In this document: positions 8,033 through 17,761 of the stretch, in pieces
How the letters are laid out: each line of letters begins with the position of its first letter
Numbering within the stretch: the stretch's first letter is position 1
Assembly: GCA_031384415.1 (NCBI GenBank)
Contig: JANNAM010000001.1
Location: forward strand, 30,168 to 62,167
Direction of reading: 5' to 3'
DNA length: 32,000 nt
Source: Bacteroidota bacterium
GTDB lineage: Bacteria; Bacteroidota; Bacteroidia; Chitinophagales; Chitinophagaceae
Made by a program: the position numbers and the translations under genes
Notes under the pieces: generated by a model
What the model was told of the DNA's origin: nothing
Seen by the model: the letters and a program-made list of their open reading frames with translations, nothing else
Database searches by the model: none

Positions 8033-9160
8033 TTATAAATTGCCCCTTGCATCCTGTTCTCTTTCCAATGCTTCAAACAATGCTTTAAAATTTCCTTTAC
8101 CAAAACTTTTTGCTCCCTTCCGTTGTATAATTTCAAAAAATAATGTTGGCCTGTCTTCTAATGGCTTAGAAAAAATTTGCAGTAAATAACCTTCTTCATC
8201 CCTGTCAATTAAAATACCCAGTTCCTGCAATGGTTTTAAATCCTCGTCAATTTTACCAACCCTGTCCAGCACATCTTCATAATAGCTGGATGGAATATTT
8301 AAAAAATCAATGCCACGTTTTTGAAGTTCGGTAACCGTCTTAACAATATCGGCAGTGGCAATGGCTACATGTTGCACACCTTCTCCATTATAAAAATCAA
8401 GATACTCTTCCACCTGGCTTTTCTTTTTTCCTTCGGCAGGTTCGTTAATAGGGAATTTTACAAAGCCATTCCCATTGCTCATCACTTTACTCATCAATGC
8501 AGAGTATTCTGTAGAAATATCTTTATCATCAAAAGTGAGAATATTGCGGAATCCCATCACTTCTTCATAAAAATTCACCCAGGGGTTCATCTGGTTCCAG
8601 CCAACATTACCCACGCAATGATCTACATACAATAAACCAGTTTCAGTTGGATTATAATTCGATTTCCACTCCCTGAAGCCTGGCATAAAAATGCCGTTGT
8701 AATTTTTTCTTTCAATAAAAAGATGCACTGTATCGCCATAAGTGTGAATGCCGCTTACAATCACCTCGCCATTTTCATCTTTCAAAGTTTCAGGAGCTTT
8801 ATAACTTTTGCCACCACGTTTGGTGGTTTCTTCATAAGCAGTTGTTGCATCTTCCACTTTTAAAGCAAGAAATTTTACCCCATCGCCATGTTTGTAAATA
8901 TGGTCGGCAATTTCGTTGCCCGGCCTCAGCGGCGTGGTTAACACAAAAGTGAGTTTGTTCTGCCTTATCACATAGCTTACTTTATCTTTCATCCCCGTTT
9001 CGGGGCCGGCATAAGCCAGCGACTGAAAGCCAAAAGCAGTTTTATAAAAATGTGCAGCCTGCTTTGCATTGCCCACATAAAATTCTACATAATCGGTGCC
9101 CTGCAATGGCAGAAAATCTTCAGCAATTATTTTTTTATCTGTTGTTAATTCAGCTAACAT
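8033..9160 (-). CDS. hppD: 4-hydroxyphenylpyruvate dioxygenase
   Basis: Two VOC/glyoxalase-fold halves (DYVEFYVGNAKQAAHFY; VDHCVGNV) are followed by the C-terminal LLQIF.KP..DRPT.FFEIIQR.GA.SFGKGNFKALFEA.EREQ. The start is uncertain: the ATG at 9160 is preferred, the ATG at 9190 is possible, and the track start is 9238. Confidence 0.85.
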   Translation of the reverse strand: MLAELTTDKKIIAEDFLPLQGTDYVEFYVGNAKQAAHFYKTAFGFQSLAYAGPETGMKDKVSYVIRQNKLTFVLTTPLRPGNEIADHIYKHGDGVKFLALKVEDATTAYEETTKRGGKSYKAPETLKDENGEVIVSGIHTYGDTVHLFIERKNYNGIFMPGFREWKSNYNPTETGLLYVDHCVGNVGWNQMNPWVNFYEEVMGFRNILTFDDKDISTEYSALMSKVMSNGNGFVKFPINEPAEGKKKSQVEEYLDFYNGEGVQHVAIATADIVKTVTELQKRGIDFLNIPSSYYEDVLDRVGKIDEDLKPLQELGILIDRDEEGYLLQIFSKPLEDRPTLFFEIIQRKGAKSFGKGNFKALFEALEREQDARGNL

Positions 9161-9410
9161 AAAAAGGAATTTATTTTTTGTACCCGGCATTTGTTTATTG
9201 TGCAACTTCAGTGGCGTCGCACACTTGTACTGCAACACTTTATTGAGCCAGTGCCGAACCCATCGCTAAAACCTCCATCAGCAAATTGTAATGGCAGCGT
9301 TCGTCGGGAAAAATCTTATGTGGGTAATCAGGAATCATTTGCCCACAAAGATAGATAAGTTAGCAACACAATTATTTCTTACACTAACTTCACACAACAA
9401 AAATGTTTTT

Positions 9411-9926
9411 ATGGAAAAGTGGAAAGATTATTTAACCATTGCAGGCCAGTCGGTTGCTGTTTACTTTTTTATTATTGCCGCCATCCGCATTTTTGGCAAA
9501 AAAGAACTTTCGCAGCTTTCGGTTGTTGACTTGGTGTTTATTTTATTAATCAGCAACAGTGTTCAAAATGCCATGGTGGGCAAAGACGATACATTGCCCG
9601 GCGGCCTTGTGGCTGCATTAAGCCTTTTTATTGCCAACTATATTTTAAAATATTTGTTCCGTGTAATTCCCTCCATCAGCAAAGCAGTGCAGGGCGAAAA
9701 AATAATTCTTGTGCATGATGGCGAAGTTTTTGAAAAAGGAATGAAAGAAGCCATGATGAATATGGATGAACTGGAAATGGCAGTGAGGGAACATGGCATT
9801 AACAGCGTCAAAGATGTAAACCTTGCAGTGCTGGAAGTGGATGGCAATATCAGTGTGCTGTCTAAAAACTATTCTCATAAAACTGTAAAAAGAAGAAAGA
9901 AACCCCAGCTATCTCACAACCCATAA
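9411..9926 (+). CDS. DUF421 (YetF-like) membrane protein
   Basis: From the ATG at 9411 the protein reads MEKWKDYL...AVYFFIIAAIRIFGKKELSQLSVVDLVFILLISNSVQNAMVG, the YetF N-terminal pattern. The C-terminus has the NMDELEMAVREHGI..V.DV.LAVLE.DGNISV pattern. The upstream 40 codons of the track ORF look non-coding. Confidence 0.75.
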   Translation: MEKWKDYLTIAGQSVAVYFFIIAAIRIFGKKELSQLSVVDLVFILLISNSVQNAMVGKDDTLPGGLVAALSLFIANYILKYLFRVIPSISKAVQGEKIILVHDGEVFEKGMKEAMMNMDELEMAVREHGINSVKDVNLAVLEVDGNISVLSKNYSHKTVKRRKKPQLSHNP

Positions 9927-9987
9927 AAACAGAAACTTTATTCGCTGTAATTTTTTGGCGTTGTATCTTCGGCTCTTAATTATTAAG

Positions 9988-11115
9988 ATGAAAAAAGTTG
10001 GCATACTTGGCGGCGGACAATTAGGCAGGATGTTACTGCAGGCTGCAGCAAATTACCCGGTGGAAACTTTTGTAATGGAGAATGATGATGACTGCCCCGC
10101 TGCACACCTCTGCCATCATTTTACCAATGGCGATATTAAAAACTTTGACGACGTTTATAATTTTGGCAAAGGCCTCGATGCCCTTACCATCGAAATAGAA
10201 AGTGTGAATGAAGATGCACTGGAAAAATTAGAAACCGAAGGAGTACGCATTTATCCCAAACCATCTGCTTTAAAAATTATTAAGAACAAAATTTTACAAA
10301 AGCAGTTTTATAAAGCCAGTGAAATACCCACCAGCGAATTTGTAATTACGCAAAATGCCGGCGAACTTAACCAGCATTTTAACTTTTTACCGGCAGCCCA
10401 TAAAATTGGTATTGGCGGCTATGATGGCCGTGGTGTTCAGCTTTTAAAAACAAAGGAAGACATAGCAAAAGGATTTGACAGCCCATCGGTACTGGAAAAA
10501 TTAGTTACCATAAAAAAAGAACTTTCGGTAATTGTTGCGGTAAATGATAAAGGAGAAAATGCTTTGTACCCTTCTGTAGATATGGTTTTTGACCAGCGGT
10601 TAAATTTATTAGATTACCAGATAAGCCCGGCAGACATTGCTGAAAAAATTTTATGGAAGGCCGAAGCCATTGCATTGAAAGTGGTGAAAGATTTAAAAAG
10701 CCCCGGCATTTTTGCCATAGAATTATTTATTGACGACAAAGACAATGTGCTGGTAAATGAAACCGCACCAAGGGTACACAACAGCGGCCATCATACCATT
10801 GAAGCAAATTACAGCAGCCAGTTTGATATGTTGTGGCGGATAATGCTGGGCTACCCTCTGGGAAATACCGAACACATTTTACCGGCCGCTATTGTAAATT
10901 TGCTAGGGGCAGATGGCCACAGCGGCGAAGCCCATTATGAAGGGCTGGAAGAAATTTTAAAAATAGAAAATGTATTTGTTAATATTTATGGAAAAAAAGA
11001 AACAAGGCCCGGCAGAAAAATGGGGCATGTAACTATACTTAGTAAAGAAAAGCAGGAACTGATTCACCAGGCTAACAGAATAAAACAACATTTAAAGGTG
11101 ATATCAAAAACTTAA
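9988..11115 (+). CDS. purK: N5-carboxyaminoimidazole ribonucleotide synthase
   Basis: MKKVGILGGGQLGRM start, an ATP-grasp core and NE.APR.HNSGH.T. The ATG at 9988 is preferred over the TTG at 9955. Confidence 0.9.
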   Translation: MKKVGILGGGQLGRMLLQAAANYPVETFVMENDDDCPAAHLCHHFTNGDIKNFDDVYNFGKGLDALTIEIESVNEDALEKLETEGVRIYPKPSALKIIKNKILQKQFYKASEIPTSEFVITQNAGELNQHFNFLPAAHKIGIGGYDGRGVQLLKTKEDIAKGFDSPSVLEKLVTIKKELSVIVAVNDKGENALYPSVDMVFDQRLNLLDYQISPADIAEKILWKAEAIALKVVKDLKSPGIFAIELFIDDKDNVLVNETAPRVHNSGHHTIEANYSSQFDMLWRIMLGYPLGNTEHILPAAIVNLLGADGHSGEAHYEGLEEILKIENVFVNIYGKKETRPGRKMGHVTILSKEKQELIHQANRIKQHLKVISKT

Positions 11116-11164
11116 ACGACTGTTTTTTTGTTTAAAAAGATTCTAATAAAAAAATAAAAATCAG

Positions 11165-12229
11165 GTGAGCGTAATTTCAAAATCAATTGCAGTAATTTTT
11201 ATTTTTACAGTGCTGCTTACATTCGGTTGCCAGTCTGGTAAAAAAGAAGACAGTAAAACACCTGCCGCAAAACCACCAGCACCCGTTTCAAAAGCCGAAG
11301 GATATATTGTAACTCCAAAATTGCTTTCGCAGGGGCTTGAAGTGCCGGGCAGCCTGGCACCTTATGCAGAAACTGAACTGCACCCCGAAGTGAGCGGCAG
11401 GGTAACAGCCATTTATTTTAAAGAAGGCAGCTATGTAAACCAGGGTGCAATGATTTTAAAAATTTATGACGGCGATTTGCAGGCCCAGCTTAAAAAACTG
11501 CAGGTGCAGTTGAAAGTAGCTGAGCAAACTGCAGCAAGATATGAGGCTTTACTAAAAATTGGCGGCGTAAGCCAGCAGGAGTATGATATGCAGGCTTTAT
11601 CGGTTAACACAATTAAAGCCGATATGAATATTGTAAGCACCAGCATTTCAAAAACATCATTGAGGGCACCCTTCAGCGGCAAACTCGGTTTAAGTACGCT
11701 CAGCATTGGCGCTTACATCACGCCTGCCACGGTAGTTGCTACGCTTAGAAAAGTAAGTCAGCTTAAATTATCTTTTACTGTGCCGGAAAAATACGGGCCA
11801 AAAATGAAAATTGGTAACCTGGTTCATTTTTCTGTTGAAAACAATCCAACTGTTTACACCGCAAAAATTACAGCCACCGAAAATAATATAACAGAAGAAA
11901 ACCGCAGCCTGAATGTAAATGGAGTGGTTGTAAAACCCGATGCTCAATTAATTGCCGGCGCTTTTGCCAGAGTGCAAATTCCCTTAGGCGAAAATGATGC
12001 AGCATTAATGATACCAACACAGGCCATAATACCTGAAGCAAGAAATAAAAAGGTAATTGCTGTAAGAAACGGCCTTGCTTCGATGGAAGTGGTAACACTG
12101 GGCACAAGGGATTCGGCGATGGTGGAAATAACTAGCGGGCTAAAAGCAGGCGATACGGTTTTAATAAGCGGCCTGTTAACTACAAAACCCGGCAGCAAAG
12201 TGCAGATAAATAAAATTTCTAAAAATTAA
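11165..12229 (+). CDS. RND efflux periplasmic adaptor (membrane fusion protein), lipoprotein
   Basis: GTG start. Lipobox LLTFGC. Typical HlyD/AcrA pattern: E.SGRVT.I.F.EG..V..G..L..I, a coiled-coil segment, and LRAPFSG..G. Confidence 0.85.
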   Translation: MSVISKSIAVIFIFTVLLTFGCQSGKKEDSKTPAAKPPAPVSKAEGYIVTPKLLSQGLEVPGSLAPYAETELHPEVSGRVTAIYFKEGSYVNQGAMILKIYDGDLQAQLKKLQVQLKVAEQTAARYEALLKIGGVSQQEYDMQALSVNTIKADMNIVSTSISKTSLRAPFSGKLGLSTLSIGAYITPATVVATLRKVSQLKLSFTVPEKYGPKMKIGNLVHFSVENNPTVYTAKITATENNITEENRSLNVNGVVVKPDAQLIAGAFARVQIPLGENDAALMIPTQAIIPEARNKKVIAVRNGLASMEVVTLGTRDSAMVEITSGLKAGDTVLISGLLTTKPGSKVQINKISKN

Positions 12230-12242
12230 ATAAGCAAGCGCT

Positions 12243-15200
12243 GTGAACATTTCAGAATTAAGTTTGCGAAGGCCGGTACTGGCAATGGTGCTTAACTTAA
12301 TTATTATTTTATTCGGATTAATCGGGTATAAATTTCTTGGTGTAAGAGATTATCCCGCTATTGATCCGCCCAATATAAATGTACGGGCATCTTATCCCGG
12401 TGCCAATGCCGATATTATCGAATCGCAAATAACCGAGCCTCTCGAAAAAGCCATTAACGGTATTGCAGGTATAAAAAATATTACTTCCAGCAGCAGCCAG
12501 GGCAGCAGCAATGTTAATGTAGAGTTTGAATTGGATGTTGACCTGGAAGCCGCAGCCAATGATGTAAGGGATAAAGTATCGCAGGCCAGCCGTTCGCTGC
12601 CCGCCGACCTGGATGGGCTGCCAGTTGTTTCAAAAGCCGATGCCAGCAGCGACCCAATTTTTTTTATGATCATCCAAAGCTCCACAAAAAACCAACTGGA
12701 GTTAACAGAGTTTGTTCAAAACAATATTGTTGAAAGGATTCAGACAATACCCGGAGTAAGCGGCGTAAATATCTGGGGCGAAAAAAAATACGCCATGCGT
12801 ATCTGGCTAAATCCTTCAAAACTGGTTGCTTTTTCTATTACACCCGGCGATGTGCAGCAGGCGCTGGCAAAAGAAAATATTGAATTGCCATCTGGCAAAA
12901 TATCGGGCAATGCAACTGAACTTTCCATCCGTACATTTGGCCGCCTTAATACCGAAGAGCAGTTTCAGGAACTGATTGTAAAAAACATTAACGGCACCGA
13001 TATAAAACTGAAAGATGTTGCCGAAGTGCTGCTGGGCCCCGAAAACGAAGAATCTGTTTTAAAAGAAAGCGGTGTACCCATGCTGGCCATTGTAGTTGTT
13101 CCACAGCCCGGCACCAACAATATTGCCATTGCCAATGAATTGTTCAAACGATTTGATGCAATACTTAAAGACATGCCCGCCGACATAAGGCTTGAGATAA
13201 GTTACGATCAAACCAAATTCATACGCAAATCAATTTCTGAAGTAAAAGAAACACTGCTTATTTCTTTCATCCTTGTTGTGTTAATCATCTATCTTTTTTT
13301 CAGAGACTGGATAATTGCCATCCGGCCATTGATAGATATCCCCGTTTCATTAATTGGTGCCTTCTTTATTATGTACCTCTGTGGTTTTACCATTAACCTG
13401 CTTACGCTGCTTGCCATTGTGCTGGCCACGGGCCTTGTAGTAGATGACGGAATTGTGGTAACAGAAAACATTTTTAAAAAAATGGAAAAGGGAATGAACA
13501 AGTGGCAGGCTGCCAAAGAAGGTTCCAAAGAAATTTATTTTGCCGTTATTGCCACTTCCATCACACTGGCTGTGGTGTTTTTGCCCATTATTTTTTTAGA
13601 AGGTTTTGTGGGCAGGTTGTTTCGTGAGTTTGGAATTGTGGTTGCCGGCGCTGTGCTCATTTCTGCTTTTGTATCATTAACATTAACCCCGGTACTCAAT
13701 GTTTTTTTATCAAGAAAAAATGTACACAAGCATACCTGGTTTTACAATGTAACCGAACCTTTTTTCAGGGGAATGGAAAACGGATATAAAAAATCGCTGG
13801 CCGGATTTATGAAAGTAAGATGGATGGCATTACCAATTATTGCAGGCTGTTTTTTAATCATCTGGTTCATTGGCAAAAACCTGCAGTCGGAACTGGCACC
13901 AATGGAAGACCGCAGCGGCTTCCGCCTTACTGTAACTGCACCCGAAGGCACTGCTTATGATGCCATGGATAAATACATGGATAAACTGGTAACACTGGTA
14001 ATGGACTCTGTACCCGAAAAAAAATATGTGGTAAACATGACAGCCCCCGGTTTTGGCGGAGGAGGCAGTGCCAACAGCGGATCTGTGAGGGTGGTATTAA
14101 GTGAGCCAAAAGAAAGAAACAGGAGCCAGCAGGATATTGTAAACCTTATCACCAAAAATTTATCCCGCTATAACGAAGGAAGGGCTTTCCCCATTCAGGA
14201 ACAAACCATTGCTGTAAACCGCCGTGGCGGCCAGCCTGTTCAGTTCGTAATTCAGAACAATGATTTTGATAAACTTTCAAAAGCCCTTCCCCGGTTTTTA
14301 GAAGAAGCATCTAAAAGCACCATATTACAAGGCATTGATGCCGACCTTAAATTTAATAAACCCGAACTGCGGTTGAATATTGACCGGTTGAAAGCAAGCC
14401 AGTTGGGTGTAAGTGTCCAGGATATTTCAGAAACCATGCAACTGGCTTTTAGTAACAGAAGGCTTGGATATTTTATTAAAGACGGAAAACAATACCAGGT
14501 TATTGGCCAGGTTGACAGGGATAACCGTGACGACCCCGAAGATTTAAAAGCCATCTATGTAAGAACAAACAAAGGAAACATCATCAGCTTAGACAATGTG
14601 GTTTCCATCACAGAAGATGCAACGCCGCCAACTATCTTCCATTTTAACAGGTATAAATCTGCAACCATATCTGCAGGATTAGCACCTGGCAAAACTGTAG
14701 GCGATGGCATTAAAGAAATGGAAAGAATTAAAACAAAAGTACTGGATGAAAGTTTTAGTACTGCATTAAGCGGCTCATCCAGAGATTTTGCAGAAAGCAG
14801 CAGCAACACAAGTTTTGCTTTTATGCTGGCGCTGGTGCTTATCTTTTTAATTTTGGCGGCCCAGTTCGAAAGTTTTATTGACCCCTTCATCATCATGTTT
14901 ACCGTTCCGCTTGCCATTGCAGGCGCTGTGTTATCGCTTTGGCTTTTTGGGCAAACCATCAATATATTTTCGCAAATTGGAATGATTATGCTGATTGGGC
15001 TGGTAACCAAAAATGGAATTTTAATTGTGGAGTTTGCCAACCAAAATCAGTTGAAAGGCATGAAAAAAACACAGGCTGTTATTTATGCAGCTTCGCAAAG
15101 GCTGCGGCCTATTTTGATGACGAGCCTTGCCATGAGTTTGGGAGCATTGCCGCTGGCATTGTCATTAGGCGATGCTGCCACCAGCCGTATTCCACTCGGT

Positions 15201-15338
15201 ATAGTAATTGTTGGTGGCATTATGTTTTCGCTGATACTTACTTTGTTTGTTATACCGGCTATGTACTCTTTTCTTTCTTCTAAAAAGAAAACAAGTGCAT
15301 TGGATGACAATATTGAACAAACATCTATTTCTGTTTAA
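12243..15338 (+). CDS. RND efflux pump inner-membrane permease (AcrB/HAE1 family)
   Basis: 1031 aa with a GTG start. Begins NISELSLRRPVLAMV and has 12-TM/two-large-loop architecture. Conserved LVVDDGIVV.ENI and GLVTKNGILIVEFAN motifs are present. Confidence 0.92.
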   Translation: MNISELSLRRPVLAMVLNLIIILFGLIGYKFLGVRDYPAIDPPNINVRASYPGANADIIESQITEPLEKAINGIAGIKNITSSSSQGSSNVNVEFELDVDLEAAANDVRDKVSQASRSLPADLDGLPVVSKADASSDPIFFMIIQSSTKNQLELTEFVQNNIVERIQTIPGVSGVNIWGEKKYAMRIWLNPSKLVAFSITPGDVQQALAKENIELPSGKISGNATELSIRTFGRLNTEEQFQELIVKNINGTDIKLKDVAEVLLGPENEESVLKESGVPMLAIVVVPQPGTNNIAIANELFKRFDAILKDMPADIRLEISYDQTKFIRKSISEVKETLLISFILVVLIIYLFFRDWIIAIRPLIDIPVSLIGAFFIMYLCGFTINLLTLLAIVLATGLVVDDGIVVTENIFKKMEKGMNKWQAAKEGSKEIYFAVIATSITLAVVFLPIIFLEGFVGRLFREFGIVVAGAVLISAFVSLTLTPVLNVFLSRKNVHKHTWFYNVTEPFFRGMENGYKKSLAGFMKVRWMALPIIAGCFLIIWFIGKNLQSELAPMEDRSGFRLTVTAPEGTAYDAMDKYMDKLVTLVMDSVPEKKYVVNMTAPGFGGGGSANSGSVRVVLSEPKERNRSQQDIVNLITKNLSRYNEGRAFPIQEQTIAVNRRGGQPVQFVIQNNDFDKLSKALPRFLEEASKSTILQGIDADLKFNKPELRLNIDRLKASQLGVSVQDISETMQLAFSNRRLGYFIKDGKQYQVIGQVDRDNRDDPEDLKAIYVRTNKGNIISLDNVVSITEDATPPTIFHFNRYKSATISAGLAPGKTVGDGIKEMERIKTKVLDESFSTALSGSSRDFAESSSNTSFAFMLALVLIFLILAAQFESFIDPFIIMFTVPLAIAGAVLSLWLFGQTINIFSQIGMIMLIGLVTKNGILIVEFANQNQLKGMKKTQAVIYAASQRLRPILMTSLAMSLGALPLALSLGDAATSRIPLGIVIVGGIMFSLILTLFVIPAMYSFLSSKKKTSALDDNIEQTSISV

Positions 15339-15347
15339 ATAAATTGA

Positions 15348-16667
15348 ATGAAGAACTGTTTTAAAATATCATTGCTTTTAAGTTTGGTTTTTTATTTACC
15401 GGCTGCCGCCCAAAAAATGCTTACGGCAGAAGAAGCCATTGCTGCTGCATTAAAAAATAATTACGATATACAATTACTTAAAAACGATTCTACTGCCTTT
15501 GCATTGGATAACGCTTATGCAAAAGCTGCTTTTTTGCCCAGGGTAAATGCAAACACAGGCGTTGTTTTTAATACCAACAATCAAAAACAAAAACTTGCCG
15601 ACGGAAGCATTAAACAAAAAAACGGTATCCGCTCAGATAATATTACTGCAGGCGTATCGCTTAACTGGACGGTGTTTGACGGTTTTAAAATGTTTGCCAC
15701 CAGGGATAAGCTGGCAGAATTTATAAGGCTGGGGCAACTGAATATTAAAAACCAAATTGTAAATACCATTGCCGCCGTTATCACAAATTACTACAACATT
15801 GTAAGGCAAAAACAACAACTGAAAGCCATCGAAGAACAAATGGGCATTAATGAAGAAAGGGTAAAGCTGGCCGAAAAAAAATTAAGTGTTGGCCTTGGCG
15901 CCAAACCAGAATTGCTGCAGGCTAAAACAGATTTGAATGCACAAAAAGCTGCCCGGCTTCAGCAGCAAACAATTACCGAACAGTTAAAAGAACAACTGAA
16001 CCAGTTAATGGCCGCACCGGTAAATACGATGTATGATGTGGCAGATTCCATCCCCATCAACAGCAATCTTATTATGGGAGATATTTTAAACAGCGCCGAA
16101 ACAAACAACCCTGCCCTGCTGGTGGCCAAGCAAAATATTACCATTGCCGGTCTTACTTTAAAAGAAAGAAAAGCCGAACGTTACCCGGTTGTTTCGGTTA
16201 ACTCGGCTTACAACTTTGGCAGAACAGATAACAAAACAGTACTGAATACTTTTACACCGCTTTACAACCGCAACCTTGGTTTTAATTATGGCATATCTGC
16301 CAGCATCCCCATTTTTAACGGCTACAATGCAAGGCGCTTAATTCAGCAGGCGCAATTGGATATTGATTACAACAAAATTGTGTACAACAACATAAAAACA
16401 AAAAACGATATTGCCATCAGCAGTGCATTTAAAGAATATAAACTGCGTAAAAAAACACTGCAGTTAGAAGAAGAAAATATTTTACTGGCAAAAGAAAATG
16501 TTTTCATCTCGGTAGAAAGGTTGCGGCTTGGCATTACCACTTATTTAGAATTAAGAGAAACACAAAAAACTTTAGAAGATGCTTTCAACCGCCTGATTGC
16601 GGCAAGGTATAATACCAAGGTTGCCGAAACTGAGTTGCTGAGGCTGAAGGGGGATTTGGTTAGATAG
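15348..16667 (+). CDS. TolC-family outer-membrane efflux protein
   Basis: Signal peptide MKNCFKISLLLSLVFYLPAAAQ. Two OEP repeats with long helical segments. It starts 10 nt after the pump gene. Confidence 0.85.
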   Translation: MKNCFKISLLLSLVFYLPAAAQKMLTAEEAIAAALKNNYDIQLLKNDSTAFALDNAYAKAAFLPRVNANTGVVFNTNNQKQKLADGSIKQKNGIRSDNITAGVSLNWTVFDGFKMFATRDKLAEFIRLGQLNIKNQIVNTIAAVITNYYNIVRQKQQLKAIEEQMGINEERVKLAEKKLSVGLGAKPELLQAKTDLNAQKAARLQQQTITEQLKEQLNQLMAAPVNTMYDVADSIPINSNLIMGDILNSAETNNPALLVAKQNITIAGLTLKERKAERYPVVSVNSAYNFGRTDNKTVLNTFTPLYNRNLGFNYGISASIPIFNGYNARRLIQQAQLDIDYNKIVYNNIKTKNDIAISSAFKEYKLRKKTLQLEEENILLAKENVFISVERLRLGITTYLELRETQKTLEDAFNRLIAARYNTKVAETELLRLKGDLVR

Positions 16668-16705
16668 TTTATAGTTTATGGTTTGTAGTTTGTGGTTTGT
16701 TGTTG
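16665..16705 (+). repeat. Tandem heptamer array (TTTATAG TTTATGG TTTGTAG TTTGTGG TTTGTTG; about 5 units of RGTTTRT) starting at the TolC stop codon
   Basis: Read directly. It is the inverted partner of the array at 17139-17171. Confidence 0.8.
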
Positions 16706-16728
16706 ATTAAATTTGAAAAGAAATATTT

Positions 16729-17133
16729 ATGGCAACAATTACAAGGTTTGAAGACCTGGAAGTTTGGAAACTGGCAAGAGAATTATCAAAGGAAATTTAT
16801 TCATTAACTTTTATTGAACCAATAAAAAGCGACTTCAGGTTAAAAGACCAGATGCGTGGGAGTTCCGGCTCTGCAATGGATAATATTGCTGAAGGTTTTG
16901 AAAGAGCAAGCCAGCTTGAATTTATTAATTCACTTAGTTATTCAAAAGGAGAAGTTGGCGAATTAAAATCGCAACTCTGTCGCTGTTTGGATAACATATA
17001 CATAACCCAGGAATTATTTGATGACTTGTATAAAAAAGCAGACACCTTAACAAAAAAGCTTACTGCATTTATTTCTTATCTTAACACTTCAAACATAAGA
17101 GGACAAAAATTTAAAAACAGACATTCGTCATGA
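16729..17133 (+). CDS. Four-helix-bundle protein (23S rRNA intervening-sequence protein / Avd-like family)
   Basis: 134 aa. [18 protein letters not shown]...[39 protein letters not shown] matches the family pattern. Its TGA overlaps the purE ATG (ATGA at 17130-17133). Confidence 0.85.
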   Translation: MATITRFEDLEVWKLARELSKEIYSLTFIEPIKSDFRLKDQMRGSSGSAMDNIAEGFERASQLEFINSLSYSKGEVGELKSQLCRCLDNIYITQELFDDLYKKADTLTKKLTAFISYLNTSNIRGQKFKNRHSS

Positions 17134-17684
17134 CTGAACCACAAACCACCAACCACAAACAACAAACCAACGGACCCCTTGTAGGCATCATCATGGGCAG
17201 CGAAAGCGACCTGGAAATTATGAAAGGCGCTGCCGAAATGCTTCGCCAGTTTGAAGTGGAGCCCGAGCTAACCATCGTATCGGCCCACCGTACGCCGGAG
17301 CGCCTGCGTGAATATGCCAGTAAGGCAAAAAGCAGGGGCATTAAAGTAATTATTGCCGGGGCAGGCGGCGCCGCACATTTGCCGGGCATGGTGGCCGCAC
17401 AAACTATTTTGCCTGTTATTGGTGTGCCCGTAAAATCTTCCAACAGTATTGATGGCTGGGATTCGGTACTCTCTATTTTGCAAATGCCTTATGGCGTACC
17501 CGTGGCAACGGTTGCATTAAACGGCGCAAAAAATGCCGGTATTTTAGCCGCACAAATTTTAGCCCTGCATGATACCAGCATTGCCGGAAAATTAGAAGCC
17601 TTTAAAGAATACCAGGATGATATCGTTATCGAAAGTGTGAAGAATGTAGCCGGGCTTGGATACAGGAATGAGTTTGATGTGTAG
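17130..17684 (+). CDS. purE: N5-CAIR mutase (class I PurE) with a low-complexity N-terminal extension
   Basis: [43 protein letters not shown] and [15 protein letters not shown] are present. ATG 17130 is the only in-frame start upstream of the conserved core. Residues 3-14 ([12 protein letters not shown]) are encoded by the heptamer array. Confidence 0.92.
   Translation: MTEPQTTNHKQQTNGPLVGIIMGSESDLEIMKGAAEMLRQFEVEPELTIVSAHRTPERLREYASKAKSRGIKVIIAGAGGAAHLPGMVAAQTILPVIGVPVKSSNSIDGWDSVLSILQMPYGVPVATVALNGAKNAGILAAQILALHDTSIAGKLEAFKEYQDDIVIESVKNVAGLGYRNEFDV
17139..17171 (+). repeat. Inverted heptamer array (ACAAACC ACCAACC ACAAACA ACAAACC), reverse complement of GGTTTGT units
   Basis: Read directly. 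17151-17168 is complementary to 16680-16697 at 17 of 18 positions. Confidence 0.8.
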
Positions 17685-17736
17685 AAAAAAACAGGGGTTC
17701 ATAGTTTGCAAACTGCAGAAATAACCAATAAAAAAA

Positions 17737-17761
17737 ATGGCAGCCCAAAAAAAGCTGCCAT
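17737..17761. terminator. 8-bp GC-rich hairpin (ATGGCAGC / GCTGCCAT, 9-nt loop) with an A8 tract on its left side
   Basis: It lies 53 nt after the purE stop. On the plus strand no T-tract follows. On the minus strand it reads as a hairpin plus T8. Function and orientation are unresolved. Confidence 0.35.

Noticed and set aside
9161-9410. N-terminal extensions offered by the ORF track (hppD to 9238, DUF421 from 9291; likewise 1394, 7038, 9955, 29129)
   Set aside because: Except for hppD (where 9238 is itself an ATG), the extended starts are TTG or other alternative codons. In every case the extension adds non-conserved residues ahead of a downstream ATG that gives a canonical N-terminus or signal peptide. 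The shorter models are reported.
12392-15310. A dozen 60-161-aa minus-strand ORFs and one 114-aa plus-strand off-frame ORF inside the RND pump gene
   Set aside because: All lie wholly within a confidently identified 1031-aa AcrB-family CDS. Their translations are low-complexity Ser/Leu/Pro-rich shadows with no motifs.
17111-17483. Minus-strand ORFs of 110 and 71 aa overlapping purE
   Set aside because: They are antisense to a strongly conserved purE frame. Their Ala/Pro/Gly-rich translations are typical of shadow ORFs.
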